A stretch of 64,000 nt of DNA from an uncultured Spirochaetaceae bacterium (lineage in GTDB: Bacteria > Spirochaetota > Spirochaetia > Sphaerochaetales > Sphaerochaetaceae), in assembly GCA_964473245.1 (NCBI GenBank), contig CAYYOL010000008.1:1-64000 (forward strand), in the 5' to 3' direction. Shown piece by piece: positions 37,151 through 46,718 of this stretch (positions within the stretch are counted from its first letter, which is position 1; every line of letters begins with the position of its first letter). A program made the position numbers and the translations under genes. The notes under the pieces are model-generated. The model was not told where the DNA came from and searched no databases. It worked only from the letters and a program-made list of their open reading frames with translations.

Positions 37151-38110
37151 TCACGCCTGCATGATATGGAGAGCGAAGCCTCCTACTTCTGGCTTCAGGT
37201 AGATGAAGTGTATAGTTCCATTGGCGTCCCGTCGTGCCGATTCGGGCACCCCTTCGAATCCGAAGAGGCTCAGGTATGTGAGCGCACGTTCGACATTCCA
37301 CGTGCGGATCCCGATGTGTCCGTGGGCACCCATGCCCGTCTGCTTCATGATTTCGATCGAGTCGCTGGAGAAGAATGAGTTCGACTTCTCCGAGAGAGGC
37401 TGGAGAATCGTTGCCAATGTCTGAGCTGTCGACTTTGCTTCGTCTTCGTCTCTCTGGTTGATACCGAGATGTGCGAACGAGAAGCCATGCACGGCATGCA
37501 CCGCCTCCTTACAGAGATGCGATATCTCTTCCCATTTCTGCTCTTTGATAAGAGAACCCGGAACCATCCAGCTTCCTCCACATGCAACGATATAGGGCTT
37601 TTTCAGGTAGTCTCCAAGGTTGTGTATACCGATTCCGCCTGTAGGCATGAATTTCATAGTAGGAAACGGTGCACTGAGAGCCTGAAGCATCGGCAACCCT
37701 CCAGAGGCTTCTGCAGGGAAGAATTTCACGACGGAGAGGCCTCTTTCCATAGCCTGTTGGATCTGACTCGGGTTGTTCACTCCAGGGTACACAGGGATTC
37801 CCTGTTCCTGACAGAATGCCACGATATCATCACTGTAGCCGGGTGATACGATGAATTGTGCTCCTGCCTGCTGTGCTCGTCGAGCTGCATCGACACTCAC
37901 GATCGTTCCCGCGCCTACAAGAAGCTGGGGCAATTCAGTCCGGAGGACTCGAATACCCTCCTCTCCGGCAGCAGTTCGGAAGGTGATCTCGGCAATGGGG
38001 AGACCTCCTGCAAGAAGAGCTTTGCCGAGCGGAAGCGCCTGGTCGGGCGAATCTATCTTTATTACGGGCACTACGCCCACCGATTGAATCATCTTGTGTA
38101 CTGAAACCAT
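37151..38110 (-). CDS. eda: KDPG/KHG aldolase (Eda) with C-terminal VOC/glyoxalase-like extension
   Basis: The N-terminal about 210 aa match Eda (…VIKIDSPDQALPLGKALLAGGLPIAEITFRT…KFFPAEASGG…). The C-terminal about 100 aa (…AVHGFSFAHLGINQRDEDEA…) resemble a VOC-family domain. Confidence 0.8.
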   Translation of the reverse strand: MVSVHKMIQSVGVVPVIKIDSPDQALPLGKALLAGGLPIAEITFRTAAGEEGIRVLRTELPQLLVGAGTIVSVDAARRAQQAGAQFIVSPGYSDDIVAFCQEQGIPVYPGVNNPSQIQQAMERGLSVVKFFPAEASGGLPMLQALSAPFPTMKFMPTGGIGIHNLGDYLKKPYIVACGGSWMVPGSLIKEQKWEEISHLCKEAVHAVHGFSFAHLGINQRDEDEAKSTAQTLATILQPLSEKSNSFFSSDSIEIMKQTGMGAHGHIGIRTWNVERALTYLSLFGFEGVPESARRDANGTIHFIYLKPEVGGFALHIMQA

Positions 38111-38182
38111 GGAAACCTCCCAATTAGCTACACCGAATATAGCATAGAATCATGAAAAATGGAACAATATTCCGAAAAAATA

Positions 38183-38210
38183 TTGACCTTTATCGTACCC
38201 ATGATATAAT
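38183..38210 (+). promoter_or_regulatory. sigma70-type promoter for kdgK (TTGACC-16-TATAAT)
   Basis: TTGACC at 38183-38188 and TATAAT at 38205-38210, about 30 nt upstream of the kdgK ATG. A GGAAC-N5-TTCC palindrome just upstream (38162-38176) is a candidate IclR/KdgR operator. Confidence 0.45.
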
Positions 38211-38240
38211 ACGGAAGTATAAGAAGGAGAGGGTAGGTAC

Positions 38241-39269
38241 ATGAAGCAAGTAACCACATTTGGAGAGATTATGCTCCGACTCAAATCGCCACAACATGAA
38301 CGGTTTTTTCAATCCCCATTGCTTGAAGCAACATTTGGGGGTGGAGAAGCGAACGTGGCTGTCTCTTTGAACCTGCTCGGAGATTCCGCCCAGTTCGTTA
38401 CGGCTCTTCCGAAGAACGCCGTCGGCGACTCTGCTGTGTCGGAACTTCGACGTCATGGGGTAGGAGTCTCTCAAATCGTGAGAACAGACGAGGGGAGAGT
38501 GGGTATCTACTTCATCGAGACCGGTGCTAATCAGCGCCCTTCCAAAGTGGTCTACGATCGAGCCGGATCGGCAATCTCGCTAGCCGAAGCATCTCTTTTC
38601 GACTGGGATGTTATCTTCCAGGGTTCCGACTGGTTCCATATCACCGGCATCACGCCGGCGCTTTCACAGATCTCTGCAGACACGGCTCTCGAAGCCATGA
38701 AGGCTGCAAAGAGACTCGGACTTACGGTCAGCATCGATCTCAACTTCAGAAAAAAGCTCTGGAAGTACGGCAAAAGTGCACCGAGCGTCATGCGTGAACT
38801 CACAGCCTTTGCAGATGTCATCGTTGCCAATGAAGAGGATATCCAGAAATGCCTCGGAATCGAAGCAGACGTGGATGTCACAAAGGGGTCATTGTCGGAT
38901 GAAGTATATGAGCAACTTGCGCAGAATGTGATAAAAGAGTTTCCGAATATCAGTCAGATAGCAATCACCTTGCGTGAGAGTATCAGTGCCGACAGAAACG
39001 GTTGGAGAGCTGTACTGCATGGGAAAAATGGATTCTATGTCTCAGCCAGATATGCGATCGATGACATCATCGACCGTGTCGGCGGTGGAGATTCGTTCTC
39101 GGCAGGTCTGATCTATGGGCTACGCCATTACGATGAAGAACATGCGCTGAAATTCGCCGTCGCTGCATCGTGTCTGAAACACAGTATCTCGGGAGATTTC
39201 AATCTCACCACGAGAGAAGAGGTCGAAGCACTCATGAAGGGCGATGGTTCGGGTCGTGTTCAGCGGTAG
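38241..39269 (+). CDS. kdgK: 2-dehydro-3-deoxygluconokinase (PfkB family sugar kinase)
   Basis: N-terminal FGEIMLRL…GGGEANVAVSL and C-terminal DRVGGGDSFSAGLIYGL ribokinase-family motifs. Confidence 0.85.
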   Translation: MKQVTTFGEIMLRLKSPQHERFFQSPLLEATFGGGEANVAVSLNLLGDSAQFVTALPKNAVGDSAVSELRRHGVGVSQIVRTDEGRVGIYFIETGANQRPSKVVYDRAGSAISLAEASLFDWDVIFQGSDWFHITGITPALSQISADTALEAMKAAKRLGLTVSIDLNFRKKLWKYGKSAPSVMRELTAFADVIVANEEDIQKCLGIEADVDVTKGSLSDEVYEQLAQNVIKEFPNISQIAITLRESISADRNGWRAVLHGKNGFYVSARYAIDDIIDRVGGGDSFSAGLIYGLRHYDEEHALKFAVAASCLKHSISGDFNLTTREEVEALMKGDGSGRVQR

Positions 39270-40008
39270 CCTGATAGCCGAACATCGATGAGATTGTCTG
39301 TGCGTACTCAGTGATGGCACGGACATACATATCGCGCTGCTCCATATCGAATCTGAAAAGAGGCCAAGAGACCGATAGCCCTGCAATGACTCGGCCGGTA
39401 TAGTCGCGAACTGGAGCAGCGATACACCTCACACCCTCCTCATACTCTTCCACATCCTCGGAGAATCCTTGTCGAGCTACGAGCTGTAGCTCACTTTTCA
39501 GTTTTTCCTTATCCACCAAGGTACTCCGTGTGTATGGCACAAGCTCCAGCAGATCCAGCAAGCGGTACTGTTTCGACTCCTCCATATCTGCAAACAATAT
39601 CTTGCCGATCGCCGTGCAGTAGAGAGGGATCCGTTTTCCTACACGAGAGTACATTCTGATCGTATATTCGGACTCTATCTTCAGTACATACATGGCCATA
39701 TCGTCATCTTCGACCCCCATATGGACCGTCTCACGGAGTCTGCTCTGGAGCTCCTCTGCATGGGGTCTTGCATCTTGGGCTATGTCCATATGACTGAGTC
39801 CTTTGGACCCAACACTGAACATACGGAGCGTGAGCGAGTACTGGTCGTTGGCATCTCGACAGACGTACCCGAGATCGACAAGCGTTGCAAGGAATCTCAA
39901 GAGCGTGGGTTTAGGTATATGCGTCTCCTCCGAGAGCCGCTCAAGATTGATTTTTCTGTGAGCGGCCAGACGTTCGAGGATATGCATGGTTCTGGTTACA
40001 GAGTTCAA
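39232..40008 (-). CDS. kdgR: IclR family transcriptional regulator (KdgR-like)
   Basis: N-terminal IclR HTH (…ILERLAAHRKINLERLSEETHIPKPTLLRFL…) and a C-terminal effector domain. Located between kdgK and uxaC. Confidence 0.85.
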   Translation of the reverse strand: MNSVTRTMHILERLAAHRKINLERLSEETHIPKPTLLRFLATLVDLGYVCRDANDQYSLTLRMFSVGSKGLSHMDIAQDARPHAEELQSRLRETVHMGVEDDDMAMYVLKIESEYTIRMYSRVGKRIPLYCTAIGKILFADMEESKQYRLLDLLELVPYTRSTLVDKEKLKSELQLVARQGFSEDVEEYEEGVRCIAAPVRDYTGRVIAGLSVSWPLFRFDMEQRDMYVRAITEYAQTISSMFGYQATAEHDPNHRPS

Positions 40009-40023
40009 ATTAGCACACGCTCC

Positions 40024-41433
40024 CTAGGCAAAATAACGTTCAGCGTTTCGGAAACTGATATCTCTCACTATGGTATCGAGCAGCACTGGGTCTGCAGGAA
40101 TCTCACCCGCTTCTGCCCACGTTCCGAGTATGGTGCAGAGGATTCTCCTGAAATACTCATGCCTCGGGTACGAGAGAAAGCTGCGTGAGTCGGTGAGCAT
40201 GCCGATAAAGCGGGGCAGAGAGCCGAGATTGCCCAGAATCTTCATCTGCTGTTCCATACCGTCTTTATGATCGCAGAACCACCACCCGGAACCAAGTTGA
40301 ATCTTCCCCGGGATTCCATCGCCCTGGAATGCTCCCATGATCGACCCCATCACATAGTAGTCCTTCGGATTCAATGTGTAGAGTACGGTCTTTGGAAGAC
40401 GGCCTTCCGATGCCAATGCTCCGAGGAAACCGGCAAGTTTTTCTGCCATAGGCAGATCGTGTACGGCATCGAAGCCAGTATCTGGACCAAGCTTGGTGAA
40501 CATGGGCCCATTCAGGTTTCTGATTGCGTTCAGGTGCAGCTGCATGACCACGCCAAGGCGAGCGTACTCCTTTCCGAGATGCACCATAATACTGGTCTGA
40601 TAGGCATCTATCTCTTGTTCGGTCAGCTGTTCTTTGGCGATGCCCTTTTGGAAGATTGCCTCCACCTCTGACTCGCTTGCCACAGTGTAGGGAACCATGG
40701 GTATCCCATGATCGCTTGCTTTGCACCCCTGTTCGACAAAGTACGTTAGCCGTTTCGTGAGTGCTTCACAGACATCCTTGACTGAACGTATCTCCTGGTC
40801 TGCTGCAACACCGAGGCGCTCGATGTATTCGGCGAATCCTGGAGCTTGCACGAGGATTGCCTTGTCGGGTCTGAACGATGGCATTACCCGTGTGTCGATA
40901 CTACCGATGGGAGCACTCCCTTCGTTGATAGATTTGTGGATAGAAAGATCATCGGCAGGATCGTCTGTAGTGCCAACAGCTGCCACCTTGAACTTCTTGA
41001 AGATGCTTGAGACGGCAAGGTCGTCGGATTGGAGCTTCTCTTTAGTTGCGTCCCAGATCATCGTGGCACTAAACTCGTTAAGCGGTTCGGAAATTCCGAA
41101 ATAGCGTTGTAATTCGAGGTGGCTCCAGTGATACAGCGGATTGCCCAGTAGTTGCGGCATGGTCTTCGCCCAAGCCATATACTTGTCGAATGGATCGGCA
41201 TTCCCCGTGATCAACTGTTCATCTACACCAACCGAACGCATGGCACGCCACTTGTAGTGGTCCCCTCCTAGCCAGATTTCGGTAAGATCGGCAAATTTTC
41301 GGTTCTCTGCAATCTGCTGTGGTATGAGATGGCAGTGGTAGTCGAAAATCGGCTCCCCAGCTGCGCTGTCGTGATATAACTGTCTTGCAGTTTCGTTCTC
41401 GAGTAGAAAATCGGGTCCCATAAATGGCTTCAT
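40024..41433 (-). CDS. uxaC: glucuronate isomerase
   Basis: MKPFMGPDFLLENETARQLYH…IFDYHCHL is the canonical UxaC N-terminus. Start at the ATG preceded by AGGAGA (the track ORF starts 17 codons earlier). Confidence 0.9.
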   Translation of the reverse strand: MKPFMGPDFLLENETARQLYHDSAAGEPIFDYHCHLIPQQIAENRKFADLTEIWLGGDHYKWRAMRSVGVDEQLITGNADPFDKYMAWAKTMPQLLGNPLYHWSHLELQRYFGISEPLNEFSATMIWDATKEKLQSDDLAVSSIFKKFKVAAVGTTDDPADDLSIHKSINEGSAPIGSIDTRVMPSFRPDKAILVQAPGFAEYIERLGVAADQEIRSVKDVCEALTKRLTYFVEQGCKASDHGIPMVPYTVASESEVEAIFQKGIAKEQLTEQEIDAYQTSIMVHLGKEYARLGVVMQLHLNAIRNLNGPMFTKLGPDTGFDAVHDLPMAEKLAGFLGALASEGRLPKTVLYTLNPKDYYVMGSIMGAFQGDGIPGKIQLGSGWWFCDHKDGMEQQMKILGNLGSLPRFIGMLTDSRSFLSYPRHEYFRRILCTILGTWAEAGEIPADPVLLDTIVRDISFRNAERYFA

Positions 41434-41622
41434 GCGTATTCTCCTATTTCTCGTTCGTGTATTTGGCAGAACTTCCGCCTGCATACCTTAGACTATTGAA
41501 CACCAGCTTGAGGTGAAATTGCAAGCCTTTCCCTGTACTGAAGACTTTTGACTTCAGAAACTGTTTTATTGACAAATCATTCTATTGTGTCAGGCAGGAT
41601 GATACAGTAGAGTGGTATTGAT

Positions 41623-42867
41623 ATGACAACCATTCGACAAGGAGTCGCTATGCAATTGGAACACCATGCGTCAATCTTCGACAAATGCTACAATTTCACC
41701 GAAGCAGCTCAAGTGCGCGCATCGGGTTTGTACCCATATTTTAAACCGATCAGTAGGAGCGAAGGCTCTCGAGTCTACATAGATGGAAACGAGATGCTCA
41801 TGCTCGGATCGAACAACTATCTGGGCCTAGCGAACGACCAAAGGTTGAAAGAGGCTGCAGAGATGGCAGCCCAGCGATATGGTACGAGCTGTAGTGGGTC
41901 GCGGTTCATGAACGGAACGCTGGATATGCACGAAGAGCTTGAGCAGAGACTGGCAACTTTCGTCGGCAAGCCGGCAGCTCTCTGTTTCACGACGGGGTAC
42001 CAGACGAATCTCGGAACCCTCTCTGCGATTCTTGGTAGGGGAGAGCATGTGATTGTGGACAAATACGATCACGCCTCGATCATGGATGGTATTTTCATGG
42101 CAGATGGCACCAAGAAGCAGGTCTCTCTTCACCGATACAAGCATAACAATATGGCCGATCTCGAACGGGTTCTCAAACTCATACCCTCCCACGCCGCCAA
42201 ACTCATCGTAGTCGATGGAGTTTTTTCCATGGAGGGGGACATCGTAGACCTACCTGCTGTGAGAAGACTCGCCGATGCCTATGGGGCTGGGGTGTATCTT
42301 GATGAAGCTCATGCATTAGGAGTCATCGGACCAACTGGAAGAGGGACCTGCGAACATTTTGGAGCAGATCCTGATCTGTGCGATCTTCTCATGTGTACCT
42401 TCAGTAAATCGTTCGGATCGATCGGTGGTTTCGTTGCCGGAACCGAGGAGGTCATCGATTTTATCAAACACTTCGCGAGACCGTTGATTTTTAGTGCCTC
42501 CATGCCTCCTGCCAACATCGCAGCCGCAATGAAAGCACTTGATATCATGGAGACGAGTCCGGAGTTAGTTCAGAGACTCCAGCAGAATGCACGACGGATG
42601 ATCGATGGTTTTGGTTCCCTTGGTTTCAATGTGGGGACCTCCGAGACGCCCATTGTACCGCTGATCATTGGTGATAATGAGAAGACATTCCTCCTGTGGA
42701 AGCGGACCTTCGAGCGGGGAATCTACGTGAATCCGGTGGTCAGCCCGGCTGTTCCACCGCAACGAGCACTTCTGAGGACATCGTGTATGGCAGTCCATAC
42801 CGATCAAGAGTTGGATCGTGCCATGGATATCATTGGAGATGAGGCGAAGAAGCTGGGAATTATCTGA
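41623..42867 (+). CDS. PLP-dependent alpha-oxoamine synthase family enzyme (serine palmitoyltransferase / 8-amino-7-oxononanoate synthase / Kbl-like)
   Basis: Family motifs …LGSNNYLGLA…, …VDGVFSMEGD… and the PLP lysine region …CTFSKSFGSIGGF…. Substrate specificity cannot be assigned from sequence alone. Confidence 0.8.
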   Translation: MTTIRQGVAMQLEHHASIFDKCYNFTEAAQVRASGLYPYFKPISRSEGSRVYIDGNEMLMLGSNNYLGLANDQRLKEAAEMAAQRYGTSCSGSRFMNGTLDMHEELEQRLATFVGKPAALCFTTGYQTNLGTLSAILGRGEHVIVDKYDHASIMDGIFMADGTKKQVSLHRYKHNNMADLERVLKLIPSHAAKLIVVDGVFSMEGDIVDLPAVRRLADAYGAGVYLDEAHALGVIGPTGRGTCEHFGADPDLCDLLMCTFSKSFGSIGGFVAGTEEVIDFIKHFARPLIFSASMPPANIAAAMKALDIMETSPELVQRLQQNARRMIDGFGSLGFNVGTSETPIVPLIIGDNEKTFLLWKRTFERGIYVNPVVSPAVPPQRALLRTSCMAVHTDQELDRAMDIIGDEAKKLGII

Positions 42868-42908
42868 ATCGACTGTTCGATTGCCTCGCTATTCGGTATA
42901 GTTGATAC

Positions 42909-43580
42909 ATGAAGAAGATAGTTGTAGATGATCCGGGGAGATTCTCCCCGTTGGTTGCCTCAGCGATACAGCAGGTGGCTCAAGCCAGCGATCGGGAGAT
43001 TGCCATTGGGGTTCCCGGTGGTCGCGGGGCGGTTTCAGTTGTGGCCGGATTGCTTCAGTGCGATTCGGAGATTCTCAAGCGCGTGCATGTGTACCTTGTG
43101 GATGAAAGGCTCCATGGGTCGACGAACTTGGATACATTGCTCGATGTGGGTCTTGCCGATGCCATTGAATCCGGGACGTTCAAACGTTCTCAGATCCACG
43201 TTCCCCAGGAGGGGACCGAGTTCATGCCGCATGGGAGAAATCTTGAACTGCTCTTCCTCGGCGTGGGTGAGGATGGACATGTGGCGAGTCTGTTTCCCGG
43301 CTCGTACCCCGAGCTTGATGCAAAGGGTACAGATTCGGTTGTTCGCATCGATTCGAGTCCCAAGCCCCCACCGGAGCGGTTCACCATAAGTTATCGAGGG
43401 TTGAAGGATCACGCAAAACGGGCACAGACCTACCTCCTCTTCTTCGGTGAGGGAAAAAGGATTGCCCTTGAACGGTTTCTGAGTGAGAAGGAGAACCCTT
43501 CCACACTTCCCTGCATGTTTTTCCCCCGTGAATGGTTCAGTTTCAATGTCGTCACCGACATAAAGGAGATTTCGGTATGA
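42909..43580 (+). CDS. pgl: 6-phosphogluconolactonase
   Basis: 223-aa NagB/RpiA/Pgl-fold protein (…IAIGVPGGRGAVSV…). Its end overlaps zwf by 4 nt. Confidence 0.7.
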   Translation: MKKIVVDDPGRFSPLVASAIQQVAQASDREIAIGVPGGRGAVSVVAGLLQCDSEILKRVHVYLVDERLHGSTNLDTLLDVGLADAIESGTFKRSQIHVPQEGTEFMPHGRNLELLFLGVGEDGHVASLFPGSYPELDAKGTDSVVRIDSSPKPPPERFTISYRGLKDHAKRAQTYLLFFGEGKRIALERFLSEKENPSTLPCMFFPREWFSFNVVTDIKEISV

Positions 43581-44929
43581 AGCGAATCGTTATTCAATTC
43601 GGTGGAACGGGCGACCTGGCACAGAAGAAGCTCTATCCTGCCTATGAGCACCTCATAGAGGAGGGCTTCGATTTCACCATTCTGGCGCTGGGGCGTCGTT
43701 TCAAGAGTCCCGATGAGTTCTCCAAGGCGATGGTTCCCGATAATGCCTCGAAATCGTTTTTGCAGCGCTTGCAATATCTGTATTACGATATGGCCGATCC
43801 GAATGCAACCGATCCACTTCGAGATAAGATCGAGCAGATAATCGATTCGAGCGACGAAGTCGAATTGATCTACTATATGGCGTTGCAGCCATCGCTCTAT
43901 GAGGAAGCCATCAGACAGATACTGGAAGTCGATTCGCAGCTCTCCTGTCAGTGTGTACTGCAGAAGAAGATAGTGGTGGAAAAGCCCTTTGGCTTCGATC
44001 TCGACAGTGCTATGCGGTACAACGAAATTCTTCTCAAAGCATTCGACGACAAGGAGATATACCGAGTCGATCACTATTTGGGGAAGGAGTTCATGCAGAA
44101 TTTGCTCATTCTCCGGTTCCATAACGACATCATTCGGAGCATATGGGACAACCGTTCCATCGAAAGCATTCAGATCGTATTCGACGAGACGCATGGAGTG
44201 GATCAACGGCTGGGGTTCTATGAGCAGATCGGTGTGGTGCGAGACACGATTCAGAACCACATCATGCAGATTATCACCTACCTCACCATGAACGAGCCTG
44301 CGACACTCTCTCCCGAGGATATTGCCGTGGAGAAGGTGAAGGTGCTCAGATCGATCGCTCCCGTTTCTGAGTTCCATACGGGAAGATATGAGTCGCTCGG
44401 TGCAAACAGCGGGCATGTGGTCGATACTCCGACGTATGCAGCGCTCAAGCTCGCGGTGAACACCTATTACTTCGCAGGGGTGCCCATCTATATCAGGACG
44501 GGGAAGATGCAGAAGGATGCCAAATCGTTCATCTACGTAAAATTCAGGAATACCACCCAGAAAGTGATGCACGATGACACAATCGGAGAGAATGGTGTGA
44601 TCATCACCATCCATCCAGAGCTCACCATAGATATCAGCATGAATCTGAAGGAGCCCGATACTTCCTGGAAGTCGAAACCGGTACGATTTCGGTTCAATCA
44701 AGCCGAAACGTTCGGAGCGAACACACCTGAAGCATACGAGCAGATCGTCAAGAAGATACTGCAAGGAGACAAGAGTCTTTTCCCGAGTATGCGAGAGATC
44801 ATAGAGTCGTGGAGAATCGTAACTCCCATGCTCGAGCATGAGCGGCACATGGAGGTGTATCCGGTTCGTACGCTTCCCCGGTTCGCCAAGGATCTGGCAG
44901 AGGAGAATGGATTCTCTTGGTTCGATTGA
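43577..44929 (+). CDS. zwf: glucose-6-phosphate 1-dehydrogenase
   Basis: N-terminal FGGTGDLAQKKLYPA NADP-binding motif and the RVDHYLGKE active-site motif. Start at the ATG preceded by AAGGAG. Confidence 0.9.
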   Translation: MKRIVIQFGGTGDLAQKKLYPAYEHLIEEGFDFTILALGRRFKSPDEFSKAMVPDNASKSFLQRLQYLYYDMADPNATDPLRDKIEQIIDSSDEVELIYYMALQPSLYEEAIRQILEVDSQLSCQCVLQKKIVVEKPFGFDLDSAMRYNEILLKAFDDKEIYRVDHYLGKEFMQNLLILRFHNDIIRSIWDNRSIESIQIVFDETHGVDQRLGFYEQIGVVRDTIQNHIMQIITYLTMNEPATLSPEDIAVEKVKVLRSIAPVSEFHTGRYESLGANSGHVVDTPTYAALKLAVNTYYFAGVPIYIRTGKMQKDAKSFIYVKFRNTTQKVMHDDTIGENGVIITIHPELTIDISMNLKEPDTSWKSKPVRFRFNQAETFGANTPEAYEQIVKKILQGDKSLFPSMREIIESWRIVTPMLEHERHMEVYPVRTLPRFAKDLAEENGFSWFD

Positions 44930-45080
44930 TTGCCGGCAGCCATGGTCCCCATACCTCGCCGCTAGGGGCGGTCGAGAAGGTGAAGCTTCCTAGAGTACAT
45001 GGTGAACATACGAAACAGAAGAGGCCGATTTCCGGAGTATTTCCGGTGACCGGCCTCTCTGTCATAGTGCAAGAATTCTT

Positions 45081-46322
45081 CTACTCTTCATCGAGCAGTC
45101 GCTTGTCTCCAGATAGCTTCTGAATCGGAGCGATGTTCTGAGTCACCTCGAGTGTTCCGAGGTACGTGCCCTGCTCGTCGCGTACGGGATAGTAGCGGAT
45201 ATGGGCATATACTTCACCCAGATGAATATAGAATTCGGCAACATCGCGCTTTCCCGATTTGAAATCGTTGAGGATCTCCTCTACGATATGCATGCTGGCT
45301 GGCGGATGGCAGTTCATGACCTTTCTTCCGATGATTGCTGTGGTACGGGGGAAAATCCTCTCACTCGCTTGCGAGAAGTAGGCAACTTCATCGTTCGCAT
45401 CGACGAAGGTGATATCGATCGGGAGTGTATTCAGGACTCTGGTAAGCATTTCTGGTGTGAATGAACCGGTTGGCAGCTTAACAACTCCTTCGGACATGTC
45501 AGCAGTCTTCGCTTTCGGCACCTCCTCGGCAGGAGGTGTCCAAGTGGGGTGATCGTCGAGAAGGCAGTAGCCGACTTCGGGACTTCCCTCCGAGATCTGT
45601 CTCCAGTCCGTCACAAAGAATACATCGCTCACCATGGGGATCAGGATCTCCTCTTCCTTGGAGATCATCTCCATGATCTTCTCTTTCGTCTGCTCAAGGT
45701 GTGTAAGCAACGCACCTACGGCATCCTTGTTCGGTCTTCCACCGTTCAGAAGATCTTCGAGATCCCTTCTGCTCTGTTTCACCATATCACGAATCTCATC
45801 ATCCACACCCCACATGACCTTTGGTGGTGCAGTGATTCCGTACCGCTCCATGATGGGGAACCAGAGATTCTCCTTCTTGCTGTAATGCTTGTCGATCTGC
45901 CACAACTCCTTCAGATCTTCCAGAAGGGCAGAAATCGACTTGAGATCACCTTGCGAGAGACCTTGAGCATGAACATCGATACGGTCGACGAAGAGTCGTT
46001 CAATTGCGCGATTCTCCTCTCTGAGTACCCATGTCGGGTGCCCCTGGTCCTGCGTCTGATTCTTTTCCCCGTGAATCTCTGCCACGGACCCCTTGAAGAG
46101 TGACGAGTGCACATCGCACAGTTTCTGGATCTCCTCCACTTTCACTCCCTCGTTCTCAATGAGAGCTTTCTCCATGTTCGCAATCTCATCGGCACCGACA
46201 TGGCCGAATTCCTTGGCGAATTCGGCTTTCACCGTGTCGAAGTCGTCTCCTGCGTGGAGCCGCTGGATGAGCTCTTTCAGTTTCTGTTGGCGATTAACGC
46301 TGTTATTTATTTCAGCACTCAT
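45081..46322 (-). CDS. DUF438/hemerythrin-like + PAS domain protein (paralog of 1461-2639)
   Basis: The C-terminal PAS module (…IDITFVDANDEVAYFSQASERIFPRT…CHPPASMHIV…) is about 60% identical to the first copy. The N-terminus has HHE/hemerythrin-like helices. Confidence 0.75.
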   Translation of the reverse strand: MSAEINNSVNRQQKLKELIQRLHAGDDFDTVKAEFAKEFGHVGADEIANMEKALIENEGVKVEEIQKLCDVHSSLFKGSVAEIHGEKNQTQDQGHPTWVLREENRAIERLFVDRIDVHAQGLSQGDLKSISALLEDLKELWQIDKHYSKKENLWFPIMERYGITAPPKVMWGVDDEIRDMVKQSRRDLEDLLNGGRPNKDAVGALLTHLEQTKEKIMEMISKEEEILIPMVSDVFFVTDWRQISEGSPEVGYCLLDDHPTWTPPAEEVPKAKTADMSEGVVKLPTGSFTPEMLTRVLNTLPIDITFVDANDEVAYFSQASERIFPRTTAIIGRKVMNCHPPASMHIVEEILNDFKSGKRDVAEFYIHLGEVYAHIRYYPVRDEQGTYLGTLEVTQNIAPIQKLSGDKRLLDEE

Positions 46323-46570
46323 GCGTGTTCCTCCTGGTCGCTTTGTATAACGGTATAGCCATGGGACTCGAGACCACGAACTATCTCCTGCAGATCCAAT
46401 CCACGCAATGCTGCCCCTTTTGGGATGGTCATCACCTTGCCAACTGTCTGAAGCATGATCGGCTTCACAATCTCGGTGAACCCCAGCAGTGCCAATATCG
46501 GAGCGAGTTCCGAATCTGAGCTACAGAGCGTGTGTACTGTCTTGTCCAATGCTATGATTTTCTTTGCCAT
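46319..46570 (-). CDS. DUF1858 domain protein
   Basis: 83-aa ORF. …TVGKVMTIPKGAALRGLDLQEIVRGLESHGY… matches DUF1858, the usual genomic partner of DUF438 genes. Overlaps the upstream gene by 4 nt. Confidence 0.7.
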   Translation of the reverse strand: MAKKIIALDKTVHTLCSSDSELAPILALLGFTEIVKPIMLQTVGKVMTIPKGAALRGLDLQEIVRGLESHGYTVIQSDQEEHA

Positions 46571-46636
46571 AATGTATTCCTCTCAGAGGATAGCATATCC
46601 ACATCGACTGTTATGTTGCAATTGCAACGATTCTAC

Positions 46637-46667
46637 ACAAAAAGACCCCTGAGAGACAAGTCTCAGG
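46637..46667 (-). terminator. rho-independent terminator of the acyl-CoA ligase gene
   Basis: On the minus strand: CCTGAGA-CTTGTC-TCTCAGG stem-loop followed by GGTCTTTTTGTG. Confidence 0.5.
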
Positions 46668-46718
46668 AGCCTAGTATAGTATACTCGTGTGCTACTGCAG
46701 TAAAAGCCTACCTACGAA

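Noticed and set aside
43430-44848. 472-aa minus-strand ORF
   Set aside because: It is entirely antisense to zwf and pgl. It has no recognisable motifs and is a typical open antisense frame of a GC-balanced coding region.
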